Below, one piece after another: positions 38,707 through 48,746 of a DNA stretch of 64,000 nt. The first letter of the stretch is position 1. Every line of letters begins with the position of its first letter. Source of the stretch: Minisyncoccota bacterium (GTDB lineage: Bacteria > Patescibacteriota > Minisyncoccia > Phycocordibacterales > SW-6-46-9); contig JBBDRP010000002.1 in NCBI GenBank assembly GCA_040905385.1, positions 595,403 through 659,402 on the forward strand. Direction: 5' to 3'. The position numbers and the translations under genes were made by a program. Under the pieces are notes generated by a model. The model saw only the letters and a list, made by a program, of their open reading frames with translations. It was not told where the DNA came from and ran no database searches.

Positions 38707-39480
38707 ATGAAAAAAACGCTGCAGATCGGAAACATTCTATCAGTCATCTGGGCCATCACAGCCAACGCTATTGTTTCTACCAGCTACGGGCTACCGGACA
38801 TTCGTCTCGTCTCCGAGCGCTCGGAAACGCTTCTAAACCCGGCTACTTACGCCTTCTCTATCTGGACGCTCATCTATCTGGGAATTTTTATACTTGCACT
38901 GTACCAAGCGCGCGACTTCTTCTCTCCGGACAAACACAACACACTGCCCTGGCAGCTGTCCGGCTGGTTTATGCTGGCTAATATTCTCAATGGACTCTGG
39001 ACGTATATTTTTATCAGCGGCTACATTGCCCTTTCAGTAATCATCATTAGCACGCTGCTCTTTTCATTAATGGTCCTACTCTGGCGACTACGAATCGCCA
39101 TCTACGACGCCGCCATTACGACCATCTCCATGGTTTGGTGGCCACTGCTGCTGTACACCGGCTGGGTACTGGTCGCCACGGTTGTAAACACCGCTTCACT
39201 GCTGGCTGCTTGGGGATTCATCTTGTCAGCACCTCTGGCTGCAACGGTCATTATTGCACTCGGTATTTCTCTTTCAATATTTTTAGAAAAACGCAACGTT
39301 CGCTTGTTAGTTTTAGGAAGCGTCTGGGGAATTGCTGCCGTTGCCGTCGCGCAGTACGGCGTTACACCAACAGTATGGATTACGGCGGCTGGGGTCAGCT
39401 TCCTCCTACTAATTCACGTATGTATTCACGCCTACCGGAAGCGTGCTACGAATCCGCTGGTAAGACTGATTAGAAAATAA
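38707..39480 (+). CDS. TspO/MBR-like tryptophan-rich membrane protein (extended)
   Basis: Trp-rich multi-TM; NPATYAFSIWTLIYLGIFILALY resembles the TspO N-terminal region. Confidence 0.4.
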   Translation: MKKTLQIGNILSVIWAITANAIVSTSYGLPDIRLVSERSETLLNPATYAFSIWTLIYLGIFILALYQARDFFSPDKHNTLPWQLSGWFMLANILNGLWTYIFISGYIALSVIIISTLLFSLMVLLWRLRIAIYDAAITTISMVWWPLLLYTGWVLVATVVNTASLLAAWGFILSAPLAATVIIALGISLSIFLEKRNVRLLVLGSVWGIAAVAVAQYGVTPTVWITAAGVSFLLLIHVCIHAYRKRATNPLVRLIRK

Positions 39481-39484
39481 CACC

Positions 39485-39874
39485 TTACTCCAGCTCCCCT
39501 GTGCTCGTGGTCTGCCGCAGGTAATCATCTTGCGTCTTACAAAGTGTAATCTCGCCTGCGTTGTTCAAGTCTCCCTGCACCGATACAGTGTCACCAACTT
39601 CCAGCTCAAATGGGTCAGTAATATTATCCTTGGCCGGACAGAGATTAAAGCCAAAGGATGGGACAGTCACTGTCTGCATACCAGTATCTGTTTCTATCTC
39701 GATAACAATCGGTCCATCTAGTGCCGTCGCCGAAGTATCGACGTTGGTCACAACACCACGTGTAGAGACGAGATCAGATGCTTCTTCATCAGAAGTACGC
39801 TGACCCAGCGCAAACCACAAGCCAAGCGCAAGCAGCACTATTATAAGTATGGTAATGATAATTGATTTTTTCAT
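39485..39874 (-). CDS. Small secreted protein
   Basis: Signal/TM IIITILIIVLLALGLWFALG. Confidence 0.4.
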   Translation of the reverse strand: MKKSIIITILIIVLLALGLWFALGQRTSDEEASDLVSTRGVVTNVDTSATALDGPIVIEIETDTGMQTVTVPSFGFNLCPAKDNITDPFELEVGDTVSVQGDLNNAGEITLCKTQDDYLRQTTSTGELE

Positions 39875-39935
39875 ATAATATTAAATTAACGCAGATAATG
39901 ACGAGACTGCGGTTTGTATATTACAAACTAAATCA

Positions 39936-40169
39936 CTACTGAGAGTACTCATCAAAACTACGAGCATACTCATCTTCACCTTCACTACCAGATCCTGGAT
40001 GATGGTAGTAATATCCGCCAACTAATAAGAGCAGTACCAGAGACACTGCTCCGAGAATAATCCACTTCGTTACACTTGATGCACCAGCAAACTCACTTTC
40101 TGGCACCTGGTCTGCATGGGCATAAAGGGCAGTGAAAAGTAGAATAAATGTTGAGATAAAGTAATTCAT
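39936..40169 (-). CDS. Small membrane protein
   Basis: Two TM helices, 77 aa. Confidence 0.35.
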   Translation of the reverse strand: MNYFISTFILLFTALYAHADQVPESEFAGASSVTKWIILGAVSLVLLLLVGGYYYHHPGSGSEGEDEYARSFDEYSQ

Positions 40170-40177
40170 AAGAAAAA

Positions 40178-40726
40178 TTAATCACGTAAAGCTGTACAAT
40201 CAGCTGGATAACCCTGGTTGTATGGATCCGAGCAGTTCAGTGGGCCAGGATAAAAGATATGACAATGGTGGTCATTGACCCGTCGGCCGCTGAACGGACA
40301 GTCTCCTGTCTCAAGCTCCTTTTCGGTATAAATACCTATATAAGCAATCTGACAACACGGTCCACCGGGCGTATTCTTAAACGAACTATACTCATAAAAA
40401 TACGTACTATCTCCAATCGGGTCAGTCGGCATGCTCGGAAGATAACCGCCGTCAATCAAATCGTCAAGAAAATCACCGTCATGACTTTCCTCCACCCCGT
40501 TTCCTTCTGGGAATCGTCCGACATCAGAGTAGTACAACTCCAGAGCTATCATGATCTGATTGACGTCACTAAATCGCCGAGCATCACGAGCATCCTGCCG
40601 TACCGTCACCAGAGATGCCATCATCGTACTGGCAATAATGCCAATGATAGCAATTACCACCAGAAGCTCAATAAGTGTGAAGCCACGTGAAGGTATGACG
40701 GTATTTGGAAAGTTAATTAGATGCAT
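40178..40726 (-). CDS. Type IV pilin-like protein (prepilin-type N-terminal cleavage/methylation domain)
   Basis: RGFTLIELLVVIAIIGIIAS class III signal; Cys-rich C-terminal domain. Confidence 0.75.
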   Translation of the reverse strand: MHLINFPNTVIPSRGFTLIELLVVIAIIGIIASTMMASLVTVRQDARDARRFSDVNQIMIALELYYSDVGRFPEGNGVEESHDGDFLDDLIDGGYLPSMPTDPIGDSTYFYEYSSFKNTPGGPCCQIAYIGIYTEKELETGDCPFSGRRVNDHHCHIFYPGPLNCSDPYNQGYPADCTALRD

Positions 40727-40745
40727 AGAAAAAACTACGGTGATA

Positions 40746-43514
40746 CTACTCCATTACCGGGCGCTTTTCTCGACCTCGACGGACGAACTTCCACAGCTCA
40801 TCCACGGCGATCACTGATAGAGCGGTCGGGATAATTATTAACCAGTCAAAAAGTGCAATCGGCACAAACTCCAGTAGTCCAGACATGGCTGGAATATACA
40901 GTGCTGACAAGTGCAGTCCAACAACTAAAAGAAAGGCCCAGAGGAGATACTTGTTGTTTCCCATACTTTCGGAGAAAACTGAGTGGTAATCCGATCGACA
41001 GGTCCAGATCTTTGTCCACTGAAAGGCCGCCATCGTCGTCACTGCCACCGTAATCGCGTACTCAAGTGGTGCGTGAGAAAGTGTGTACACAAAGACGGCA
41101 ATTGTCCCTACCGTCATGGTTCCACCCTTTAGAAACATTCGCTGCAGCATGTACTTTTCGACCACCCACTTGCTCGGTTTCGGGAACCACTTGCCGAGAA
41201 GCCCCTTTTCTTTGGGCTCCATTGCCAGCGCGGCGTCCAGAAAGCCGTCGGTTACAAAGTTCAGCCAGATGATCTGAGCAGCCGTAATCGGAAGTGGCAG
41301 GCCGGCCAGAATCGCCGTAATAATAATCATAATCTCACCAAAGCTGGTAGAAAAAAGGAATAGCATCACCTTCTTGATATTCTGGTGAATCCCACGTCCT
41401 TCCTCTAGCGCCGCCACGATACTGGAGATATGATCATCCATCAGTACCAGATCAGCCGACTCCTTGGCCACATCCGTACCACGCTTCCCCATCGAGATAC
41501 CGAGATTAGCCGCTGCAAGCGACAGCGCATCGTTAACTCCATCGCCGGTCATCGCAATCGTCTCGTCACGGGACTGAAAGGCATCAATGATGCGCAGCTT
41601 ATGATGCGGCGATACCCGCGCAAACACACTGATATGCTCGACACGACGCGATAATTCTTCGTTATCCATCGCGTCTATATCAGTCCCTTCAACCACTACA
41701 TCTCCTGGCTCATATATTCCCGCCTCCTCGGCAATGGCCCGAGCTGTTACCCGATGATCACCGGTGATCATCACCATCCGCAGACCGGCCTGCTTTATCT
41801 GAGCAACCGCCTCTGGTATCCCGTCACGTAGCCCATCCCGCATGGCGTACAGTCCCTCAAACACACAGTCAGTTATATCTGTATCCTCAATCAGATCCGT
41901 TTCCATCTTCCGGCTAGCAAACATCAGTACTCGGTATCCACGACCAGACAGCTCACGCACCTTCTCTAGTACCGTACGACGCGTATTTATCTCATCCAGT
42001 GGTACCGTCTCGCCGTTAATCTTCTGGTGATTACACCGCTCCAGTACAATCTCTGGGGCACCAACCACTAGAAGCTCTTTTGTTGAATCATCCATCTGAT
42101 GCAGCATGGCGGAGTACTTTGCCTCGGAGGTGAACGGAATTTCATCGATCAATGGATACTGTTGCAGCAATGCATCCTTATCATCTACCCCAACCTTTTC
42201 TCCAAATACCTTCATGGCACCCTCGGTCGGATCCCCTCGCACCACCCACTCATCCTCATCCTTGTCGTATGAAATCACCGCGTCCGCTGCCAACATCCCG
42301 ACCAAACCGGCCCGGCCCAGCTGTTCATCCGCCAACGGATTGGCCACTTCAGTACCGTCAATGGTAATCACCCCTTCCGGGACGTAACCATTGTTTTCAA
42401 CCGTGTAGGACTGTCCACCTACCACCAGCTGCTCTACTACCAAGGTATTGCGGGTAATCGTACCGGTCTTATCTACCGCAACAACATCGGCCTCGCCCAG
42501 TGCCTCAACTGCCTGCAGCTGCTTAATAAGTACGTTACTTTTTCCCAGCCGCCAGACCCCGGTCGCCAGTACCAGCGTAATCACCACCGGCAACCCCTCA
42601 GGAATGGCCGAAACAATCACCGACACTCCAATACCAAAAATATGCTCAAAAGGAAGGTCAGCCAGCAGACCAAACACCACAATCAAGGCAGCCAGTGAGA
42701 CAACCACCCCGGCAATCACATGTGACAGTCGGCGAATATTCTCCTTGAGTGGAATCTTCATCTCGATGTCCACCACCTCGGTCGATATCTTGCCGATCTC
42801 GGTCAACGGGCCGGTCATTGTCACCACTGCTACCCCTTTTCCAGACACAACATTCGTTCCCCGGTACAGTATGTTCTTGCGATCACCCAGCGGTGCTGCC
42901 TCATTATCGATTTTTTCTATCTCCTTGCTGATCGGTTCCGACTCTCCGGTCAGCGCCGCTTCCTTGACATGTAAATTTCGCTCCGAAATCAGCCGCGCAT
43001 CAGCCGGTACCTTGTCTCCCTCGCCCAATATAACAATATCTCCTGGCACCAGCTCCCAGTCCTCAAGTATATGCTCAACGCCGTCGCGGCGCGTCGTAGC
43101 GTACGTCTTAGCAAAGTCGCGCAGTGCCTGCAACGTATTCTGTGCCTTCTTGGCCTGCACCGTTCCAATCACCGCATTGAAAAGCAGAATAAAAACGATA
43201 ATTCCCCCGTCAAAGTACTCTCCCATTGCCAAAACCGTCACGGCTGCTACCAAGAGTAGGTAAATCAGCGGACTCTTGAACTGCCGGATAAAAATATCAA
43301 AATATGTATCAGTCTTTGCGTCCGGCAGCGTGTTGGTACCGTACTTCTCGCGCCGGGTCTCCACGGCATCCTTTGTCAGTCCGCCAGTATCAACCGACAA
43401 TTTCTCCAGTACTGCCTCCACCGACAACGTATGCCAGGCAGTTGTTTCTTCCTGGTTATCGGGTTCGGTCTTTGCGTCCTTATTCATGCCTTTCAGTATA
43501 CCAAAGGATGTCAA
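40746..43514 (-). CDS. Cation-transporting P-type ATPase (type II, Ca2+/Mg2+-like)
   Basis: AVDKTGTITRN phosphorylation site, TGDGVNDA, AIPEGLPVVIT; 922 aa with 10 TM. Confidence 0.9.
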   Translation of the reverse strand: MTSFGILKGMNKDAKTEPDNQEETTAWHTLSVEAVLEKLSVDTGGLTKDAVETRREKYGTNTLPDAKTDTYFDIFIRQFKSPLIYLLLVAAVTVLAMGEYFDGGIIVFILLFNAVIGTVQAKKAQNTLQALRDFAKTYATTRRDGVEHILEDWELVPGDIVILGEGDKVPADARLISERNLHVKEAALTGESEPISKEIEKIDNEAAPLGDRKNILYRGTNVVSGKGVAVVTMTGPLTEIGKISTEVVDIEMKIPLKENIRRLSHVIAGVVVSLAALIVVFGLLADLPFEHIFGIGVSVIVSAIPEGLPVVITLVLATGVWRLGKSNVLIKQLQAVEALGEADVVAVDKTGTITRNTLVVEQLVVGGQSYTVENNGYVPEGVITIDGTEVANPLADEQLGRAGLVGMLAADAVISYDKDEDEWVVRGDPTEGAMKVFGEKVGVDDKDALLQQYPLIDEIPFTSEAKYSAMLHQMDDSTKELLVVGAPEIVLERCNHQKINGETVPLDEINTRRTVLEKVRELSGRGYRVLMFASRKMETDLIEDTDITDCVFEGLYAMRDGLRDGIPEAVAQIKQAGLRMVMITGDHRVTARAIAEEAGIYEPGDVVVEGTDIDAMDNEELSRRVEHISVFARVSPHHKLRIIDAFQSRDETIAMTGDGVNDALSLAAANLGISMGKRGTDVAKESADLVLMDDHISSIVAALEEGRGIHQNIKKVMLFLFSTSFGEIMIIITAILAGLPLPITAAQIIWLNFVTDGFLDAALAMEPKEKGLLGKWFPKPSKWVVEKYMLQRMFLKGGTMTVGTIAVFVYTLSHAPLEYAITVAVTTMAAFQWTKIWTCRSDYHSVFSESMGNNKYLLWAFLLVVGLHLSALYIPAMSGLLEFVPIALFDWLIIIPTALSVIAVDELWKFVRRGREKRPVME

Positions 43515-43533
43515 TTAGTGAGATATGTAGTTT

Positions 43534-43561
43534 AAAACCCTCATCTTATACAAGATGAGGG
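43534..43561 (-). terminator. Intrinsic terminator hairpin CCCTCATCTT-atac-AAGATGAGGG
   Basis: Perfect 10-bp stem, T-run on the transcribed strand. Confidence 0.55.
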
Positions 43562-43589
43562 TGGTTATAATTTTTGTGTATTGTTCTTA

Positions 43590-44327
43590 TTACTTACGGG
43601 ATAACGAAATCAACCGAAGTAATGATTTTCGAATAATTGGTAAAGTAGTGGCCTTAAATGAAGCCGGAATACGAGATGAGACAGCAGCAAGCGACTCGGA
43701 TGGACTCAGAAAAACACTGTTATTTCTCCGATGATCATCATCTACATGTCTGTACAGATCTACGGTCACATTATTCCGCATCGTAATGAAGTTAGAGACA
43801 TCCGTAGACTCGCCAACCTTCTCAACATAACGTTTGTAGCTAAAAATCTGGCTTCTCGTCACATTATTGACATCACGGTAATGAACGAACAGTAGACCAG
43901 ATAAAGAGTTAAGCCATAATCCGCGTATAGAGAAACGGAGATCATTCGTTACCTGCAGGGAAAGTGGTTCACCTTTCTTAACCAAATCAGCATACTGCTT
44001 ATTCAGCCAGGCTGTGAAATTAAGCAGTGTATTCAGATTATCAGCGGTTCGCACCTGTTTCAGGTCAGTCGGCTGATACAGTTTTCGTAATACATCGATC
44101 TGATCGACGCTACCAATACTGTTAAAGATAAGCCAGATATGATCCTGTTTTATCAGAACCTTCTTGCAGCGAAGCGCGGTTTCGTACACAACCATCAGCT
44201 CCGGGAACAGCTCCTTGGCAGCAAACTTTTCCTGAGCCTGCCTTATTCCAGCCAGCACTTCAAGCTCTACTTTTTCATTGTCATCCAAAATATCAGGAAG
44301 GGGAAGAGAGGAAGTGGAAATCATCAT
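43590..44327 (-). CDS. Hypothetical protein
   Basis: 245-aa ORF with no recognisable motif. Confidence 0.4.
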   Translation of the reverse strand: MMISTSSLPLPDILDDNEKVELEVLAGIRQAQEKFAAKELFPELMVVYETALRCKKVLIKQDHIWLIFNSIGSVDQIDVLRKLYQPTDLKQVRTADNLNTLLNFTAWLNKQYADLVKKGEPLSLQVTNDLRFSIRGLWLNSLSGLLFVHYRDVNNVTRSQIFSYKRYVEKVGESTDVSNFITMRNNVTVDLYRHVDDDHRRNNSVFLSPSESLAAVSSRIPASFKATTLPIIRKSLLRLISLSRK

Positions 44328-44444
44328 AGTACCTCCGTTTTTTGAAAGAAGTTACAGTTTCTATCTTTCAGTATGGCAGGATTGTTAGAAGACGCAAGTT
44401 AGAAAAGAGCTTTACAGCTGGCTCTGTACATCAGCAGATGATCA

Positions 44445-44894
44445 CTACGTGGAAAAGTCTTTATCGCAACGACTGCCATCCTGCAGATATATATGTGCCT
44501 CGGTAAAAAATTCCTGTGAATTATCTGACAGTAGCTTCAGCGCCTCCTTAAAGGTGACAACCCGGTAACGGGTAAACTCATCATTAAGCTCTATCACCGC
44601 CTCCTTCGGCACTGGTGCCAGCCAGTAGGTGTTGGACTTCTCGACCGCGCCAGACTCATCGGTGTACGTATACGTCTCCTGAAAAGATCGCTCAGTGATC
44701 ACGTCAGCCGGATCAATCTGAACACCAATCTCCTCGTGCGTCTCGCGCAGCGCCGTCTGTATATCGGTCTCGCCGGCTTCCTTGTGTCCCTTGGGAAACT
44801 TCCAGTACCCTTCCGGCCCGGAGCGTTGGCCGATCAGATACCGCGTCTCTTCATCCTGGTAAAACGGAATAATTCCATAGGCGCGATTCTTCAT
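44445..44894 (-). CDS. NUDIX hydrolase
   Basis: Nudix box GHKEAGETDIQTALRETHEEIGV. Confidence 0.75.
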   Translation of the reverse strand: MKNRAYGIIPFYQDEETRYLIGQRSGPEGYWKFPKGHKEAGETDIQTALRETHEEIGVQIDPADVITERSFQETYTYTDESGAVEKSNTYWLAPVPKEAVIELNDEFTRYRVVTFKEALKLLSDNSQEFFTEAHIYLQDGSRCDKDFST

Positions 44895-44981
44895 ACGTAT
44901 ATTATATCGTACATAACACTGGTATTATTCTCTGAATTTAACCAGGTATTTTTTTGACTTTTGACTTTTAACTAGTTGACC

Positions 44982-45587
44982 CTACATCTCATTAGCTTCT
45001 ATCATCCGCTTGATGCGCTCCAGCAGTTCATCGCGGACCTCTCTCAGCTCTTCGTCCGTCTGCGGATCTCCTATCAGCCACTCGGAAAATTTATCCTCCG
45101 GAAACAGTGATGGCACCAAGCAGCCAAAGGAGATGATTTTATCAGCTCGCTCAATCATCTCGGTCGTAATCAGCTTGGGTCGTAGGGGACCAACATCGGT
45201 AATACCAACCTCTTTTAGAACCTCCGGAACTCGGGGATCTATCTGATCGGCCGGAATAGTACCGGCGCTCATTGCGATGGTCGAGCTAGCATAATGGTTA
45301 AAGATCGCCTCGGCAAGCTGGCTGCGCTTACTATTCTCTGCGCAGGCGAACAGGACCGTGTCAGCCGGCAGCCAGCGACGAATATGCTTTGTGAAATTAA
45401 CGTTATCAGCAAAAATCTCACCAATTATCGCAAAAGGAATCGCAATCAGTACTACAATCCCGATAACACCCCAGGTAATCGGCTCGCCAGTAACAACCTT
45501 TACTGCTATCACATCCTCGACGACGCCAATCACAATTCCGAATATCAGAAACTCTAGCACCACCTCAATTTTCTTGGCTTTATTCAT
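44982..45587 (-). CDS. Membrane-anchored low-molecular-weight phosphotyrosine phosphatase/ArsC-like (CX5R) protein
   Basis: Two N-terminal TM helices, then VLFACAENSKRSQLAEAIF P-loop (CX5R). Confidence 0.6.
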   Translation of the reverse strand: MNKAKKIEVVLEFLIFGIVIGVVEDVIAVKVVTGEPITWGVIGIVVLIAIPFAIIGEIFADNVNFTKHIRRWLPADTVLFACAENSKRSQLAEAIFNHYASSTIAMSAGTIPADQIDPRVPEVLKEVGITDVGPLRPKLITTEMIERADKIISFGCLVPSLFPEDKFSEWLIGDPQTDEELREVRDELLERIKRMIEANEM

Positions 45588-45668
45588 ATGTACACATTAT
45601 GCCATAGTCAGAAGCCGAAAAATGCCTATCAGCGTCAGCCCTGTAATTTAGTAGCGAAAACTTCCTAT

Positions 45669-46322
45669 CTAAGTCTCCCTAATCTCTTCCTTCTCTTCTT
45701 CTAGAAGTTGGAGCAGTCGTTGTAGATACTGTCGACACTTTTCTTTCGTTTTCTCATCTGAAAGTTCTTCTATAGATTCTCTCAACGTCTCCTCATTAAA
45801 AAGCACTTCCAGGTCATCGGGGTCAACCACATCTTTTTGCCAAGGTTTAAATGTTTCTAGGTAGTATACGTTGCCTTCATTGTCCTTGGAATAATTACCA
45901 ACATTTGCCTCAATATTAAAACCGAGGCCGATTCTCTCAAGCTCCAAATCAACTTCCCACATATCTTCTCCTATATCTTCAACAATCTTCTCGCGTGCAG
46001 ATTCCTCATCTTCCCCTTTCATTCTCTGCGCCTGCAGCAAACTGTGTTCTTTACTATGTGAAATACGTTCTGCATCGACTTCTTGCTGTCCAGATTCAAA
46101 TTCTCGTACTTGGTAAATATCGGGAACCTTCTTAGGAAGCAAGAGGTGAGCAATCTTTGTTAGGTAGTATCGACCCTTTAGCTGACGCGGAGTGTCTTTT
46201 TCAGCCGTTTCTTTTAGCTGAGATATTATCTTGTCTTCATCATCGGGATTAATAAAAGTTCTCTTATCCTCTCCTTCTCCTAAAGGTTTATTCTCTTGTG
46301 ATTCAAATGAAGAAAATCTCAT
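45669..46322 (-). CDS. Hypothetical acidic protein
   Basis: E/D/K-rich 217 aa. Confidence 0.35.
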   Translation of the reverse strand: MRFSSFESQENKPLGEGEDKRTFINPDDEDKIISQLKETAEKDTPRQLKGRYYLTKIAHLLLPKKVPDIYQVREFESGQQEVDAERISHSKEHSLLQAQRMKGEDEESAREKIVEDIGEDMWEVDLELERIGLGFNIEANVGNYSKDNEGNVYYLETFKPWQKDVVDPDDLEVLFNEETLRESIEELSDEKTKEKCRQYLQRLLQLLEEEKEEIRET

Positions 46323-46379
46323 ATTATTATATTAATACACTCGCAAGACATAAGCAAAGGTAATGAAACCCGAGATCCA

Positions 46380-47063
46380 CTACCGAATCAGGGTGCCTCG
46401 AAACTCCTCACCATCAAGATACTTCCCCAGCTCAGACAGGTTGTCGCCGTTGATGCAGGCCACCTCCATCTCCTTCGCTTCGGCCTCCCGAGCTGCTACC
46501 GGGTCAAACGGCGACGACAGTCCCGGATCCCAGTCTTCTGGAAGCAGCTTACGGAAGTCACTCCAGGTGGTTTCCGAAATCGGCTCGGCATCAGGATCGA
46601 TCTCTGGATCGGCGGTATATACGTAATCAATATTTGAAAGATTCACAACCTTCGTGGCGCCGACCCGCTCGGCCATCTGCACCGCCCGCAGGTCCGTCGA
46701 GCAACCAGGCCGATACCCGGCCGCGATAATCAGCGGATTCCCTTTCGGGACATCAAGGATGTCGTCTGGATTCTCAATCATGATTGGGTAGGCCAGCTCC
46801 TTAAAAATCGTTCGCAGCAGATGACCATTCAGCCGTGTGGCGTGAATGCCGATCCAGTCTAGGTCATCGGGTGCTAGCTCGTGCACCGCATCAGCCGCCT
46901 GCTGATAGCGGCGAGCTGTCTGGCCACCACCGGCGATAATAACAAAACGGCGACCGTTGCCGATCGCCGTTTGGATAAATGCTTTTAACTTCTTGAGAAA
47001 TGCCGTATCTACCTGGTCAGGCACAATCAGCGATCCACCAACTGACATCACGATAGTTTCCAT
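46380..47063 (-). CDS. pyrH: Archaeal-type UMP kinase (amino acid kinase family)
   Basis: MSVGGSLIV, FVIIAGGGQTARRY, GIHATRLNG, AGYRPGCSTD, IDYVYTADP align block-by-block with archaeal PyrH; start taken at METIVMSV. Confidence 0.65.
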   Translation of the reverse strand: METIVMSVGGSLIVPDQVDTAFLKKLKAFIQTAIGNGRRFVIIAGGGQTARRYQQAADAVHELAPDDLDWIGIHATRLNGHLLRTIFKELAYPIMIENPDDILDVPKGNPLIIAAGYRPGCSTDLRAVQMAERVGATKVVNLSNIDYVYTADPEIDPDAEPISETTWSDFRKLLPEDWDPGLSSPFDPVAAREAEAKEMEVACINGDNLSELGKYLDGEEFRGTLIR

Positions 47064-47138
47064 TACTGAAAAGTATACCACACGTCTGTTACCTACCAGC
47101 GTGTCATATTACTCTAGCTCGCGTACCATTCACCTCCG

Positions 47139-47348
47139 CTACCACAGCGCTATTCCCTGCGTAGTCAGGTAGTAACCAAACGCTAGGACAAGCACAAGGT
47201 AGTAGACCGTCCAGCCCCGGGCCATCGGCAACCAGCGCGACATTATCCGAAAGTGTCGGTGATACCAACGCTTGCCACGCGTCCACGCCAGCACGTTAGC
47301 TGCTACTGAATCTACCAGCAAAATGTAAAAAACGATTACTTCAATCAT
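47139..47348 (-). CDS. Small membrane protein
   Basis: 69 aa, 2 TM. Confidence 0.3.
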   Translation of the reverse strand: MIEVIVFYILLVDSVAANVLAWTRGKRWYHRHFRIMSRWLPMARGWTVYYLVLVLAFGYYLTTQGIALW

Positions 47349-47366
47349 GTATATATCGTAGCACGA

Positions 47367-48443
47367 CTACATCTTTATCACCCGTTTAGCAAACAGCTTC
47401 TGGGCAAACCCAACATTTGATACCACCCAGCCGACCAGCTTGAGACCGCCAGCTATCAGCGGATTATTGGTTAGCACCAGCTTGCGGGCTCGCTCGGTGC
47501 CGTCTATTACACGCTTCGCTTTGGCTCGCCTGGTTACTGCGTACGTGCTGATCGTGTTATCAACGATCGCCGCGACAACCGCCTGCCCGTCATCAATCCC
47601 CAGGTTCATCCCCCGACCACCCACCGGCGAGTGCGCGTGCGCCGCATCACCGGCCAAAACTACGCGCCCTTTTACATAGTCGTGAGCCTGGCGCACCGAA
47701 ATTTGGAAGGTTCCGGTATGCAGCACTTCTTTGATGTCCAGATCTATCGGCAGTACCGCCAGACTGTCCGGCGTAGAAGAAACCAGCCGTACGCGATTGG
47801 GTGCCATCGGGAACATCACCATAGCATCGCGCTGATCACGATCGCCATCCAGCATCCAGGCGGTGATTTTGTGGGTATCATAGGCGCCCTCCTCCAGCTG
47901 GAGATCAGCAATCGACCAGGTCTCCGGCAGCTCGTAGCCAGCGTAGTCTATGCCCATCGTATCGCGTACCGCCGAGTTGACCCCGTCGGCACCGATGATC
48001 CAGTCGTAGCTGCGGCGGCTTCCATCGGCAAAGGTAGCGGAGGCAGACGCTTTATCAGTCTGGACATCCGTTACCTTCCTACCGTACTGCACCTGCACAC
48101 CCAGCTCGGCCAGCTTCTGGCTCATGATTGTCTCGGTTTTATCCTGCGGCAGACCGATAATAAACTCAGACGGCGCAAAGAACTGATCAACATCAACATC
48201 GATCAGCCGCTTGCCGTCGCGGTAGATGTTGACGCGGCGGACATCCATACCCGCCGCTACCACCTGGTCACCGACACCGGTACGATTCATGATATCGATA
48301 CTTTTCGGTAGGATACCCACCGCCCGCGATAGCGGCGACGGCTGATCCTTAGCATCAACAATCTCCGGGGTAATCCCGCGGCGCGCCAGCTCTAACGCAG
48401 TTGTCTGGCCGGTCGGCCCGGCCCCGACGATTAGTATATTCAT
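47367..48443 (-). CDS. FAD-dependent monooxygenase (UbiH/PheA-class)
   Basis: MNILIVGAGPTGQTTALELARRG dinucleotide-binding motif; GDAAH; start at MNIL. Confidence 0.75.
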   Translation of the reverse strand: MNILIVGAGPTGQTTALELARRGITPEIVDAKDQPSPLSRAVGILPKSIDIMNRTGVGDQVVAAGMDVRRVNIYRDGKRLIDVDVDQFFAPSEFIIGLPQDKTETIMSQKLAELGVQVQYGRKVTDVQTDKASASATFADGSRRSYDWIIGADGVNSAVRDTMGIDYAGYELPETWSIADLQLEEGAYDTHKITAWMLDGDRDQRDAMVMFPMAPNRVRLVSSTPDSLAVLPIDLDIKEVLHTGTFQISVRQAHDYVKGRVVLAGDAAHAHSPVGGRGMNLGIDDGQAVVAAIVDNTISTYAVTRRAKAKRVIDGTERARKLVLTNNPLIAGGLKLVGWVVSNVGFAQKLFAKRVIKM

Positions 48444-48492
48444 ACCTTTATTATGACACGGCATTCGCTTGTTTACAGGCTGGTGTGTTTAT

Positions 48493-48726
48493 GCTACTTT
48501 TATTTTAGATTTCATTAATTTATACGTGCAGGGTTTGCTCAGTTACTGCCATGCTGTGATTTTCCTGCACGTCCTGAAGGTGGGGGTTCCGATGCACTCC
48601 ACCAGGTCGGCTGTCATTAAGACGGTCGACCTTTTTTATTTCCTCTCCAGCATCTGCTGGCGACGGACAATCGTAAACGTACCAACACACGAACCTACGC
48701 TAAATAGCGTGGGTTCATGCTTCTAA
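48493..48726. repeat. Copy A of a twice-occurring ~200-bp intergenic module (hairpin-rich candidate sRNA + remnant of the 3' end of the 51171..51479 gene)
   Basis: 48493-48650 matches 50900-51050 at about 75%; 48636-48700 encodes on the minus strand ...GTFTIVRRQQMLERK*, mirroring the C-terminus of the 51171..51479 product. Confidence 0.6.
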
Positions 48727-48746
48727 AATTTAATATAATCAGTTTC

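Noticed and set aside
42448-43263. 271-aa plus-strand ORF
   Set aside because: Antisense to the P-type ATPase gene, which has all canonical motifs; Ser/Thr/Pro-rich shadow ORF
47631-48311. 226-aa plus-strand ORF
   Set aside because: Antisense shadow of the FAD-dependent monooxygenase gene
48590-48612. tRNA-like 3' half (GGTGGGGGTTCCGATGCACTCCACCA)
   Set aside because: It superficially resembles a T-arm plus CCA end, but the 3' side of the putative T-stem (GCACT) does not pair with GGGGG and no D- or anticodon arms are present. It is interpreted as part of the repeated hairpin module instead.
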